A stretch of 64,000 nt of DNA, taken from positions 20,150,001-20,214,000 of the forward strand of contig OZ249443.1 of NCBI GenBank assembly GCA_965235115.1, given 5' to 3'. Made by a program: the position numbers and the translations under genes. The stretch comes from Laetmonice hystrix. Lineage: Eukaryota. A model generated the notes under the pieces. The model saw only the letters and a list, made by a program, of their open reading frames with translations, did no database searches and was not told the origin of the DNA. Shown piece after piece: positions 48,354-61,666 of this stretch (positions are counted from its first letter, which is position 1; every line of letters begins with the position of its first letter).

Positions 48354-51060
48354 TTACTGTACCAACTTTACTGCCAGATTCTTCACGACTCTTGGAACTT
48401 TTGTCATTGGCAGCTCCAAGAAATTCATGTGTATGAACTCAAATGTTTTTTGCAATTTCTCTGGGTACTCCAAATTGAAGACATAAATTGCTGCGACCGT
48501 CATAGCAAACGCCTGGATCATCTCTGTTGTCCTTCCAATACACTGGCCCTCCAACTGCACTTGGAAAGTGGAGTTTTCAAGACTCGAGTAGCTGTGTCCA
48601 GATTTTAGGATGTGGAGAGTGGGATCCTCCTCCTAAAAATATGGAAATGAAGGAGTAATTTGTGGCACTAGAGAGTTAATAACTACTTTTTTGTGTTTTT
48701 TTGTTGGTTTTTTTTTCATCCAACTGGTAATGTATCTTTAAATTGAAAAATTCAACAACAAACAAGCTAAAAATTCTACACATGTTCAGTCTTTTAAAAA
48801 TATGTATAAAAGGTTGTATTTCTAGTCCTGACAAACTATTTTCTTGTCTAGCACCAGCATATTGTAAAAAATCACATTTTATCGTTATTCTACATTTTAT
48901 TGTAATTTTATGCACATTTTATGGTTATTGTCCAAATCCAAGTTTATATCATGCACCCTGAAACAGCTCTGCTAATTGGCTATGCATGTACAATCAATCA
49001 ACAATCAATCAATCAATCAAGGAAGAATACTCACTGTCTTCAGCCTGAGAAGACTGGTAGCGTCTTCGCCTAACAGGTAGGGCAGCCCCAAAACTGCTGC
49101 ATAACCCAAGAGAGCTGCAGGTGAAATAAATTATAATAAGGTTTTATTACCTAATCATTACTACAATGGAAAATTTAGTAACAAATTTGTATTACAGATA
49201 CACCAGTAGTGTTTACTTTCTATAGCCCGACACCCATAGCTAATGGATTTTTACGACTGGGCTACCAGTGTCTACCCATTGTATGAGTCCATGGGCTACT
49301 AATGAAATATACTGTGGTGGCTACCTAAACACATCATTTAACCAAGCAGGATCATCATGATTTGAAATGCCAATGAAAATTCCTTTCCAGGGATTTTAAT
49401 TATACCTCTTTAATTTTAAAGTAGTACTAAAATTCGTCAAGGAGTCCAGATTTAAATAGTGTAGAAAATATATAATATCCAAGAAATGAATACTGGAAGT
49501 AAGCAAGACGAGAATTCGGGCTAGGGGACAGAAAGTGTGGGCTAGTAGGTTTGCTTCTACTGCTTGGTCTTGGGCTACCAGCTTCAGAAAAAAAAGTTGA
49601 CACTGTATACTGACAACTACATGCCTTTCTTGATGTTCTCATCAGCTTCAAGGGATGCTTCGCACTTGAAGGTCTTTAGCCAGGACGGTACAGTTTTTGT
49701 TGTATCCATAGCCTTCAGTGTTCCTTTCCCATACTTGTTCAGCCCTTCCAAGATTTGTTTGTACAAATGTTTGTCAAACGGGTCGGGTCTCAGGCGTCCA
49801 AACTCGGCCAGCAACTGGACGAAAAAATATACCACATAGAAATGCAGAACAAAGAATGAACAGGGTTCCCACTGGTCAAGACCCATAGAAATCAGGACTA
49901 TTTGCAGACTTTTTCAGGACTTCTGAGTTTGACCCCCATTGGAAGGCGAGGCTGTACAGTTTCTGACCCTTGGAGCCTAGACTGATGAGGGTGTCCACAG
50001 GGTTCTGAGGGAGCCCCCCCCCCTTGGAAATTTTCAACGCAGGGGAAATTATCTTTAACAGGCTAGAATGATTTCCTTAACTATAAGCTGAATTATTTAA
50101 AACTGAAAATATAATTACTCAAGAACTGCACAAACACAAGTGTTGTAATATTGGTCAGCGCAATCGAGTTTTCTTTCATTTCAAGACTTCTATGTTGAAA
50201 TTCCGACTAAACAAAGTCGGGATCCCGATCTGACGGGTTTCCCAACGTACCAACTCCGTGGGAACCCTGAATGAAGCTCAAGAAGGTACACACAAAAGTG
50301 AAGTTTTACAGCATAAAATATAAAATTACCTCTTCCTCTACAAGGCATGGGTATTTCTGTAAAATTTCCTCGACACCCTCACTACGAATAACGATACTTT
50401 GGCGACGATCAAAGAACGTTATGTCCATCAACGCTGATATAAGGCTCTTGTTCACATTTCGCTTCCTAGTCTCCTCCTGCAGTTTCTGTAAAAAAATCAT
50501 CGATTCAATACATCAATGTTCAAAGAGCATGCCACAGAGAACAAAAAATAGGTTTTCTTAATAACACAATGCATAACAGGCTGCGAATTTAAGGGGATTC
50601 TGTGCTTCTGTGAATCCTAGATTTGAAGCTGGAATCCCAGAATTTATTGACAGAATCCTAGACTTTAAAAATTCCATACATTTTAATGTAGTACATAGAA
50701 AGTAGACTGGCATAATCCTAAGTTGAAATCCTTAAATTCAATGCCTGTAGCATATATATGTGATTAATTCAAAAATAATGTTAAAAAATGTTAAAAAGAC
50801 ACCTACCTTGATATGTGAGGCCACTGTTTCTTCATTTTCTGAGACCGGTCTGGCAATAGGAAGATAATTATGAAATCCATATTCAAGCTTTCTGGGCAAT
50901 GAAGTTTCCTTTTCCTTAGTTTCCTTGTGAATCTTCCTGTCCTGCACTTCTTTTCGGTGAGAATCTCTCCGCATGCGGTTTAAGGCAAAGATCTCTAGGC
51001 CGGTGCTGACCGAGGTCTAGGGGTACTTGTCAACGGTAGAATCTAGTCGTGAATTTGGAT
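48354..51060 (-). pseudogene. Spliced, decayed transposon-associated ORF (SAMD3-like C-terminal family, typical of animal CMC/EnSpm-type elements)
   Basis: Exon-like blocks ~51060-50807 (…VDKYP*TS…, in-frame stop), 50485-50330, 49814-49625 (GC donor), 49114-49035 and ~48632-48354 ending AAIYVFNLEYPEKLQKTFEFIHMNFL. Family assignment is from memory of the YVFNLEYP..L..TFEFI motif. One phase mismatch at the last junction. Confidence 0.5.
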
Positions 51061-52065
51061 GATTCCGCCTCGCGGCAAAAAAAAAGGACAAAACATTTTC
51101 ACTTTTAGGTGCTAGTTGGCGGGAATGAAGGAACAAAAAGAGCGTTTCGAGACTTTTTCGGAAAATATATGGTAACGGTGTATTCCGACCAACCAATACT
51201 CGGCACGTGGTCTGGTCCTATTATCAATTAACAATTGCGATTTACGATGCGACATCCTGGGGGACCGAAGGCGGGTGGACCATTACATAGGGCAACCTGA
51301 ACCCATATATTATACAAGCCTACATGTTGTCCCGGGCACCGTTTCCATATATTATACACTCACGGTTCAAGACTATGACACCACGCTCGTTGTCATGGCG
51401 ACAAACCGTCGTGTATACTGTTGCTACTGTTGCTACTGTTGCTTGTAAACTCAAGGTTTATGAAGATGTAGCCTTTCCATTGATGATCGCTGAAGTTTGG
51501 GTTCGTTTATGGATAAACATCACGTTGACATGTTGAGATGGGTTCTGAATTTGGACAGTGCCCGACCCAATGCTCCTAATCCATAAACTACTCACGGCTG
51601 AGAGCTAATTGGAAAATAGTTCGTCTTTCACTTCAGGAAGACAGCGATAGCAAGAGAGTGAATTAGGGGTTGATCAGACTCAGCTGGAAATGCCAAAGCC
51701 TTTCTTAAAGGTCCACTGTTTTTAAAACCTGTAATATCGACACCCTGTCATATAAATCAGCTTAGTGTCACATGTAAAACTCAAATAAATTGAAGTGAGA
51801 CCAACCAAATGTAATGTGAGAACGCTCAGCTGGCTCCGTTGCAATCTAACAACGCTCTACATGGTGAGTTTCAGTGACTCTCACAGTCTCAGGTGATGCT
51901 CGGACTAGTCAGAGCGTGGGGTTTCAAGGCCATCCACCGATCTATTTCAATGCCACAAGCACTGTCACATCTTCTGTCCAACTCATTCTTTCTCAGCTTT
52001 TTAGCTCTCGGAGGCACATTTACAAAGCAAGCGTATGATGATGATGAAATATGGTGGAGCGATAC

Positions 52066-52333
52066 CTGGGCCGGTTTTTTTTGTTTACTTTTCCACCGTG
52101 AGTAAGGGTGAGCTGAGCTGAGCAAGGGTGAGCAGAACCTCATGCTCACCGTTTTGCTCACTGTTTTCGTTTTTGGGTGTTTTTCCGCGAGCTTGCTTGC
52201 CATGAGCACGCTTCATTGAAAAAAAGCAACCAAAAAAAGCACGAAAACGGTGAGAATGAGCTCATGCTCACCCTTGCTCAGCTCAGCTCACCCTTGCTCA
52301 CGGTGGAAAAGTAAACAAAAAAACCGGGCCCAG
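52066..52333. mobile_element. Palindromic MITE with ~70-bp TIRs
   Basis: CTGGGCCGGTTTTTTTTGTTTACTTTTCCACCGTGAG...; reverse complement at ~52265-52333; GCTCA/TGAGC repeats. Confidence 0.8.
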
Positions 52334-52853
52334 AAGCCGTAGGACTATTATGGGATGTTGTTCGAAGTCATTTGCAGCGCCCCTTTCGGAGAGCAGAGGC
52401 AAATTCAAACTCCTGCTAGTTATCATGTTTTAGCTTCGGTCCGAGTTTTAGTGTGTCGTCATATATTGTGTCAATAGGTTGCTATAGGGGACAGTTAAGT
52501 GTGTTATTCTCGAAGATACTAACGATGCCGCTTTAACTCCTGTCGAGCATCGAGGGGGCAGTGACAGAAATGGTACTGGAAGGATCCAAATCCATCTCCG
52601 TCAGGCAAATGATTCTGCATTACGATACTGGACCACTTCAACCCTGCACACCTTCACCCCATTCATCGCCTCTTACAAACACCCAGGACGGAGCTCCAGG
52701 AAGAACACGTACAATCATTGAGGGAGATATGTTTTATTTTTGTGAACAGGTGGTCTCACTCGTATACACCACTATATGAACGCCTGGTGAAGGAGCGCCT
52801 GGTGAACGACATACAACAAAACCTCTGGTAGGTGGCGCTCTACCAGCGGACTT

Positions 52854-53197
52854 CAGGGCCCGTCTTTTATCAAAACTTAATCTTTTGCTGAGCTTAAGCT
52901 TAATGGTTCTGCATGGGCCTGGTTTTAAAAACGTAAGGTCTTCCTTAAGCTCAACGCTCCTCATTAGCTGGTCTAAGAAAACCAGCTGATCAGAAGCGTT
53001 ACGTTTCTGCTTAAACAAGAGCTTGAATTCCGCTACACTGGGTTGAGATTGGCTCGGCCAAACTGACTAGTCATCAGCAGAAGCCTTAATCGTAAGCTTT
53101 AAGCAATAACTCGAGTTTTCAGATCTTGCTTAAGCTTAACGCTTCTGGTTGGCTGGTCTAAGCAGACCGACCTTAAGTTTTTACGAACTGGGCCCAG
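52854..53197. mobile_element. GGGCCC-ended, CTTAAG-rich MITE (possibly nested)
   Basis: GGGCC...AAAAAC.TAAG start and CTTAAGTTTTTACGAACTGGGCCCAG end; related pieces at ~56770-56870 and ~57660-57767. Confidence 0.55.
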
Positions 53198-53922
53198 ATC
53201 AGTTTGCATACGGACGACTGTCAAATACACACGGCGTCCACGTCTGAGGAAAGCGTGCACTTGTTGTAACACACTGACAAGAGAATGCCCCAACCAGATG
53301 GCCACAACCTTAGGTCACGGTCCCAGAAACACTGCATTATTTAGAGGCTCTCACTTTGGGAATGTTCGCCCGAGATTTAACTAGGCCCGACACGAAGGGG
53401 CGTACGTGTCGGGGTGGCCTTCTTCGATCTGACTGCAGGCTGGCTGTTAGGGTAATTTGTCTGAAATGGTTAAAGGGGAAACCCTAAGTCGGTCAGACAA
53501 TCAGGCTTCTTTCTCTTACAACCGTACATAATTTACAACCTTTCGAGATATGTACTTAAACTATGAAAAAACAAATAAATAAATAAATAACTTAAAAAAT
53601 AATATTTTTTTAAACAATTGCTAGTGGTTGAGGTTTTGGGAAATGGGTCTATTCAAACTTTAATTGGAAAACTAGCTTTCGTTTCAAAATTGGGTGTACT
53701 TGCGCTCATTTAAACCTACAGTATTCACGGGGAAGTCACAACTGCACGCATTAGGAATTAGTTCAGTCACAATAAACCTCACAACCTGCCGAATGTTGAC
53801 CATACACGTCTGGACACAGAGTTTGTTCATGTCATACCGCCAGATGTTTGTCAACACTCGTCAAACATGCCAGGCCGCTGACCAGCGCCATAACATGACA
53901 GCTATAACCTCTCACACCAGAG

Positions 53923-54178
53923 AGCTCTACAGTGATCTGAAAAAAACCTAGTAAGTCGAGTTTTTGTCCAATTTGAGTTAGTCCCATTTTTGGACTTACT
54001 AGGTTTAGCCCTTTCATAATAGTCCTGTACAAATGATCAGAACTCTACGAATTCATAGTTCTTGATCTGGAAAAAAACTAGCGTTTGCAGCACCTTAATG
54101 GCAGGAATGGTTTGTTTTTCCCAATTTTCTGAAAATGAGGCAAGGACTTGCTAGGTTTTTCTAGATCACTGTAGAGCT
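53923..54178. mobile_element. Inverted-repeat MITE
   Basis: AGCTCTACAGTGATCTGAAAAAAACCTAG versus CTAGGTTTTTCTAGATCACTGTAGAGCT. Confidence 0.6.
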
Positions 54179-57100
54179 GCTGTTGAGTCTTGCCGAATGT
54201 ATTTACTTAGAAGGGCGGCATCCATACCACTTACATTAAAGTATGAATGTAAAACATGTCCCGACAGAGGACTGCCACTCTGGCCACATATTCTCGACAT
54301 CTAACTGTTCAAAGAAGTACCAGATGAAAGGAAATGGCCCTAAATGATATTTCATGTGTACCGCTCAAAATAACGCCCCCCCTAAACATCAATCAGGTGT
54401 AGAACTCCCACTGTGATCATTATAACATAACCATAATTCATACCCAGATGAAAGCAGATTGAAAACTTACTGAAACGCCAGCTGACCTACATATTTCAGC
54501 GTTGAACCCGTCTGAGATATTTTGTCATGTGCCGAGTTCCGCCAAGTTCTATCTGTCAGGAACCCCAGAAAGATGGACGGACAGACGTCGCCCCTACCAC
54601 ATACTTCCTGCCAGGAAATCGTCAACAAAAGAAGAAAGTAAAGTAAAGTTCCTGCTAAGGATTAAGCCAAGGCTTAGCTGGTGGAAACACCAGGCCCTGT
54701 AGGGGTTGGCTGAACGTACATTCGGTCATGGGTCGGTGACACTCACTTGAAGTTTATTCCTGCCTATCTTACTTAGAAGTCTGTCATTCAGCCGTTTTCC
54801 TTGTGGACCCCCATTTTTAAAAATTCTTCAGGCGTCGTTAGAACGACTGGGCGTTTGCACATGAGACTGTTAGAAACTCCGGAAATATCCCCCCGGCATG
54901 ACCTGAAGAAAGTATTTTTAGTCACACCTTCAAAATTCATTGTCAGCGACCCCAAGAAGAGAAGATACATCGAACACCACAACAACAAAGTAACATATTG
55001 CATATACTCAGATTTCCCTTGACTCCATTGCATAAAAGTGTGGTGCCAGTATAAATTCGACACACCAAACCCGACTTGTTTGCTGCAGACATGACCTAAC
55101 ATTCTTAAAACGTCGAGCGCGATTCTGAAACTACTCGTGACTGGCCAAACTGACAGATTAGATCTACTACCAACAAGTTACCGGGGAAACTTCCTCGAGG
55201 TTTAGTTTGAGACCTGTAGTCACGCCCACTCGGCTTCTAGGTCTACCAGCAGCTCTCGCGATAATGGACGATAACAATTTAGGGTTCCCCTCTATTCGAA
55301 TGTATCCCGAAATAAACCTACATGTTCTTTCTAACTCACCATTTCGACCTGAACAAAACTGCAAATGCCGTTTAGGCCTATTTCGGGGAATTTTAAGAGA
55401 GTTTCACATTATACGCCGGTCCAGTGGCCTTGCCATCTCCCCACGAGATGCAAGTCATTTGAAACCAAGGAGTCTGCAAAGGGCAGGCGCCGGGGCCACG
55501 GCATTAACGTAGGAGCTCTTCACCGCCCGGTTGGCATATCGGGTTAGGGCACACTGGATGAGCAGAGCCGAGGGGGTCCACCTAGACTTGTTTAACAGTA
55601 ATTGTCCCGGTCGTTCAGCCCATAATCAAAGCCCGAGGCCACGAACGTCATGACGCGCGTCAAACATCAAATCTCTCCGAAAGACGCGACGTCGTGACGT
55701 CAGCGGCAGGCACCGATGCCAACTCGCTTACTGCGGTCTCTCTGAGACAGCGACGGGGAATTATAGATCTGGGACAGCTCGTAGAGCTTGGTTAGAGTAG
55801 AGACAGCCGTGTCAGGGACCCCACTACACAGATCGTGATCTATACGGGCACGATTCTCAAGTCGTGTCAGGAATCCTGGCATGGCCGTACGGCAGCAGCC
55901 TTGCCCTGCCGCTGCAAGATAAGGGGGGGGGGGACTTCATTACAATACGGGCCTGCTGGAGGCCCAGTCTCGTCAACTCACATTTAACGTAGAGAGCAGC
56001 TACGGAAACTTAGCTCGAACCAGACGGAAGCTACGTGGATACATTCGGTATATGGCCTATTATCTCCGGGTGCAGCGAGAGCCCCACGGTCGGTAATTTA
56101 CCCGATACCCCAGTCAGCTAGGCCTGCTCGAATCTCGATGCTGGTCACAAACCTTACTACTTATGGTTCAGAGTGTTGCGGTTCGAAGCTCTATTGGTCG
56201 ATATCCTATGGAAACAGTGCAAGAAATTTGGCGGGAAAAAGAAGAAAACAAAATCCTAGCCCTGAACCTAAACCAAAACCTACCCCCGGTCCCTGGTCCT
56301 CGAAACAAATTATCATACCTGCCCCTAACCCTCCCTGGTATTTTACCTTGTGGGTAGAACCTTAAAGGTAAAGCCGTGCTGTCACACATGCCATGGTATC
56401 CACATTCCTAACCGTCAAAGGCCAACACACCGTACCGTTCGGGGAACACTTTGTAGTCTTGGTGCACGTACAGTCCTGAAACCCAACACCTTGTCAGGCG
56501 TATTGGACACCGACCTCTCTCGACAGGCTCCCACATAGGGCAATCCTGTCACTGCACACAAACATCTCGTTACAGCAATCGGACACACAACTACATATCA
56601 TCGGTACCCTGGCTTATCTCCGCCTTGTTGTGAAACCTCCAATGTAAGTTACAGTTCCCGTTAATTTCATGGCATTTCCTCGGGCCAAAGGAAAAATATC
56701 AAGCGCCCAGTGACGGTACGTGGAAAGAACGTCATTACCAATCGAAGAAAGGAAAGTCAAACTTACATCCTGGCCCGGGTTTTTAAAATTTAAAGTCTTG
56801 CTTAATTAAGCTTGACGTTCCTAATTGGCTAGTCTAAGCTTCAGCAAGAACTTAAACTTTGCAAAATCGGGCTGCTCAGATCGATGTACAGTTGTCCAAA
56901 TAGATTTAAAATGTCATTCGGCTAGGATTGCGAATACGTCTCCCATATTTCTCAATTCTTATGTTTTTGACACTAATGCATGTGTCAACATTATTTTTTC
57001 TTTCTTATAATAATTCGGGATTACATTACAGATACACCTAGTCGATATTTTACATTTATATGTTAAAAATATTATATACACAACGATGTTCATTCGGGCT

Positions 57101-57767
57101 AAACAGACTATTGAACTCTTACATAATCCAAAGGTCACAGGTACTCTTGGCTGTGAAAACTTAAGTCGTCAAATTGGACAAGTAGAGAAGTTTGGCAACA
57201 TATTACAGTTATCCAGCAATGTTGACCATCAATAGAGAAGCAGCACAGTTTTGTCCACCTTTTCAAGCCTCAGTTTCTTTAGCCGACAGTCTGCAAAAAG
57301 TAGACAATTGGTTCCTGGCCTCAAGCAGTACATACTAACTTCTTATATTTATACAACTTTGCATAACTCTTTCCAACTTGGCTGTCGACCTGCCCTGTCT
57401 TCTGAATACTATATACAGAATAAGATAACAGTCTGTATTCAACCCCTCGTGATCAATCCTATTCTTCGACGGACCTCATTCATTGTCTGCCAATGTAATT
57501 ATCCATCCTAGGGTCAGATCCCACAGTGCCATCAGATTACCGTTTTGGTGGGACAACATATAGAACAGTACACCCCGTCCCGACCACCCGCAACCCTTGC
57601 ACAATGAAAACAAGTTCTTTACGTCAGCTCAAATACAGTCAACTTTCCAAATCTCCAGTTAATACTGTTGCTTAAGCTTAAAGCTTCCGATCGGCTGGTC
57701 TCAGCAAACCAGCCAATCAGGGCTCGGATGTTCGAAGCAGACCAACCAATTACAAGGGTTAAGCTTA

Positions 57768-58376
57768 TGGGCCTGATCCACTTGCGTTGCGATGCTTCCG
57801 ATTCACCACTTACGCGGTCTTACGAGTTCTTCCGAGGAAAAAATTCCAAATCGGGAATACACGCAAGCATTTTAAGTGAATCACGCATTACGAGAGTTCA
57901 CGAGGGTTCCGAGGGCTTCAGACGTCTTACGAGTGCCAGAGCGCTCTCAGGATCTCCTTCCGAGCAGATCAAAAATGTTAGATATTATCGGAAGAGTGCA
58001 TCGTGCGCGTGGCCTCGCGTAAGATATCGGAAGATGCATAAAGAGTTCGTAAGCACTCGGAAGAGCGCGGAAGGTCTAAAGCGAACCCAAAAACTTCTTC
58101 CATTTCTTGTTCCTCACCTTCGGCCAAAAGGCGAAGGTGAGTGCAATTAGTGCGACCTCCTCGGGCTCCATTTTGATGTCCTCTGACAATCGGAAGAGCT
58201 CTTAAGACCCTACAAGTGGATTATGCTTTTCGATTTTCTTACGAGTGCTTACGCGGGTTACGCAAGCCTACGATTCCTTACGCGGCCTTACGAGCACTTT
58301 TACGTGCTTCCGAATCTTCCGAGAGAAAAAATCGTAGACGCGCGAAAGCCATCGCAACGCAAGTGGATCACGTCCA
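57768..58376. mobile_element. MITE (~610 bp) nested in a CTTAAG-rich MITE
   Basis: TIR GATCCACTTGCGTTGCGATG / CATCGCAACGCAAGTGGATC; internal CTTACG/TTCCGA/TCGGAAG repeats. Confidence 0.65.
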
Positions 58377-59734
58377 TGAGTTAAGCAAGATCTTGAGTTT
58401 CGGGTACTAGATAATAATGACTCGCTATTAAATTATCTCCCCCCCCCCCTTGGCCAACCCTTGACTTGATAAAGAACCAGCTGCTAATCCTGCCGAACCA
58501 TTTCACGTGAAGGAATGGTAAATAAAACGCTTAAGTACATCTTTATCTCTCTATTCACACCTCTGAAAATCCAGAAAATATATTTACACTTACAAAAATC
58601 ATGACTGTGGCACTTACAATTTCACAGCACCTGCCAAGCACGCAGAATACATGTATTGCCTTAGTAGTAAAAACGTGAGCTCGAGCTTGCAGCTACATGC
58701 GTGCACATCCACACACACACGCTTTTTTTATGTCTTGAGCGATAAGCTGGTCCCATGCAACCTGTACTATAGGATACCAAGCCCCCACAGCATGACGTCA
58801 TGAAGTACACACAGGGGGTGTTGCTGGTAGCAACCAAAAATCCGACGACATGACTACAATGAAAGTGTCGACCACGACCGTAGAGCTGACAGTGATAACG
58901 AATAGATCACAATAAGACTTTTATATGATACAGATGTGCTATGGTCGTCGATATCTTGGCGGAACATTCAGTTACATGGTCTTTCTTATCTGTGGTTTAC
59001 CCTTGAAATGTGATTGTAAACACACAATGTATTTTAATAATACAATACCGTACAACCAGAAGACATTAAGTGGAACCCCCCCCCCCCCTCCTCCAATGCT
59101 TTATCTTGACTGATAGTTCCACGGAGAATTGATCAAATCTGCCGATGAACTGGGCTCACAAAAACACAGATTGGACTTACACTCTTGATAGGATCAGGTT
59201 CTGAATTTTGGGTGAATTTTTTGGGGGGCTCATTTTGATTCTCGTATGCCCTGTAGCTGACGTTGACCACCTTGTGTTCGTTTACTTCAAACGTCGCGAT
59301 TTGACGTTATTTGACTCTGGTGAATTTGGCCACTGATACCTCGAGTATGGATGAACTGCTTGTGGTAGATAAAATTCAGACAATGAGGTGGCACAAAGCA
59401 ACATCTTCACAGTGGTTCTGACATATGTTGTTGGTCTTGTGTTTCTGAAACCAGATAAATGATTTCTGTATGTGGGATAATAAACCCATGGCCAGGCCAT
59501 GGAGGTTCTTCTCGAAACGTGAAGGTCGCTATATACTGAGATCGTGACGTCAAGACTTCAGAACGAGGCCATACAGGGGTCAGAGTTCATTGCGACGCTG
59601 GTCCCTTTGGTAAAGCCAGCCACGACGTCTTATAACTGAGGTCGGCACAAAAAGGGGAGGTGGGTGCGGTTGGCGATTTCTGGTAACGCAGTTTCAGAGG
59701 CAGTGAGCCCCTTGGATGAGGGGGAAGGGGGGAG

Positions 59735-61647
59735 TCACACCTCAAAGGAGTGCTCCCCCGAGGGGGGCTTGTACAAGTCATGCAGCAAGAGCGTGCTCTT
59801 GGTCTGCAGCGAGAGGTTGAGGGCCTCGATTTTGGTGAGGAGGTCGTTTCCTAGCAGTTTCCTCACCAGGAGCCGAGCCAGGTCCTTTAACCTGGGCGGG
59901 GCTGAGGTAACACACTCTAAGAGTTTTATCATCAGCTTTTGCTTCTCCTCGGGGATGTTTTCCACCAGTTTTTTATCGTCTTGCCAGTTGAGGACCGGGG
60001 CGAGCTGACAGCGAAGGTTGATGAGAAGTTCGGCAATGTCCCAGCTACCAGAGTGAAGAGCGTAGAGGACGGGGGCCTGAACTTCTGTGTGGATCTCATC
60101 CTCAGAGGACTCCTTACACACCAGCCCCGCCATGTTGATGTCACAGTTGGCTTCCAGTAAGTGCCGCACGATTTTCATGGAACCAAGGCAGATGGCGATG
60201 AGCAGCGGCGTGCTAGCCGGCACTATGTCGCTGTTATGAGTTAGTTTAGTCGACTGGACATCGGGAACCGCCTTGGACGCCAAAAGGGTTTGCACAACGG
60301 GCGGTGCGCTCGCCCAAACGGCAACATGCAGGGCGGTCCAACCCTCCGGGGTGCTCTGGTTCACATCGCTGCCGCGTTCTATTAAGTACTGCACAATGTC
60401 TAGATACCCCCCTGAGCAAGCCACCATTAGCGGGGTGGCTCCTAGCTTGGCGCGGACTCCAATCCCACAACCTTTCTCTGTGAGCGTCTGGCAAAGGTTG
60501 AGGGACCCAACGCAGGCGGCCCAGTGAAGGGCTGTCAGTCCCTCGTTGTCCTTGGCCATGATGTCAGCGCCCTTGGTGAGTAGCAGTTGTGCCACCGCCT
60601 CGTCATACTCACAGGCGGCCAGGAAGGGCGTCCGACCCTGCGCGTCCTTGCCCTCCAGCTCGGCCCCCAGCTCATCCAGCAGGAGCTTCACGTTGTCCCT
60701 CCTCCCGTGTTTGATGGCCTTGTGGAGCGCAAGGTTGAGCTTCTCCTGCTTGTCTTCCTCCGTGTACTTGGAGAGCGTCGGGTGTTTCTCCAAGATGAGT
60801 GCTAGAATCTGGGGGCGGCCCTCTTGGGCCAAATACATGAACGGGCTGTCTTCGTATCCATGACTGCCGTACTGGCCGACGAAAGGGTCGACCTGCAGTT
60901 CGTCCAGGAGGACGCTAACCTCCTCGCGGTCGGCCGTATTCCAGTCTTCGTTTTCCGCCTGGATGTCGAGACTGTAGCAGAACTTGATAAACTCCACGTC
61001 CTTGGTGGCCAACGCCAGGCTCATCTTGACGATCTCTGTCGTACAGCCAGCGTCACGTAGCGTCTGCATGATCTCCTGCGGAGAGCACATAAACAGGTGA
61101 CGTCACAAGTACAACTTTACTCCGCTTCAGAGACCACAGAAAGAGGCACAGAAAGTATTTCCAAACAACCAAATTCAAAATGCAACCACTGTCTTAATGG
61201 TAGCTTTGATGTTTATGGTCGCACACTTCTAAGGTCTAGAAAAGATGGCAAACATGAAAAAAAGTATCGATATTTTGAAAAGTAAACCCTGTAGAACTGC
61301 ATAGCTGTATTTAACATAAATTCGGACAGATTAGGAAGGAATGCCCATCTATTTTTTTTAAATAATTTTGGGCTCCTCTCAGAAAATGTAACTATTGGGA
61401 CTGCTCGATGGATACACTTTATATGCCTCTTTATTGGACTGGCAGGCTAAAACCTCTTCTTTATATCAAATCAGTTGTGAGAGGTGTGGGACACCTTGCG
61501 GCTATCTTTCTCCAGATAAGGTTACAATAACAGACCTCTAGGCGGGGTCCGGGAACTTACCGTGTGGCGGCCTCGGAATGCGTGAACGAACGGAGTGTCA
61601 CCGTTCTCATCCTCAGTGTCGATGTCAGCACCGGCCGACAGCAGCAC
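59735..61647 (-). CDS. Ankyrin-repeat and SOCS-box protein (ASB-like), last two exons
   Basis: Exon 61647-61561 (VLLSAGADIDTEDENGDTPFVHAFRGRHT, 87 bp) splices in phase 0 to 61075-59735. Multiple G.TPL/TALH ankyrin repeats and C-terminal SOCS box PPRLKDLARLLVRKLLG...KIEALNLSLQTKSTLL. Upstream exons lie beyond the window. Confidence 0.88.
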
Positions 61648-61666
61648 CTGGGGAAGGGAGAGAAAA

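Noticed and set aside
47451-51876. CACTGAAA ... TTTCAGTG as CMC/EnSpm termini around the SAMD3-like remnant
   Set aside because: Only an 8-bp match and the flanks (CA vs AC) are not a duplication.
54801-55022. TPIFKNSSGVVRTTGRL as a BEL/Pao pol remnant
   Set aside because: One short motif; no flanking RT, RNase H, integrase or LTR support.
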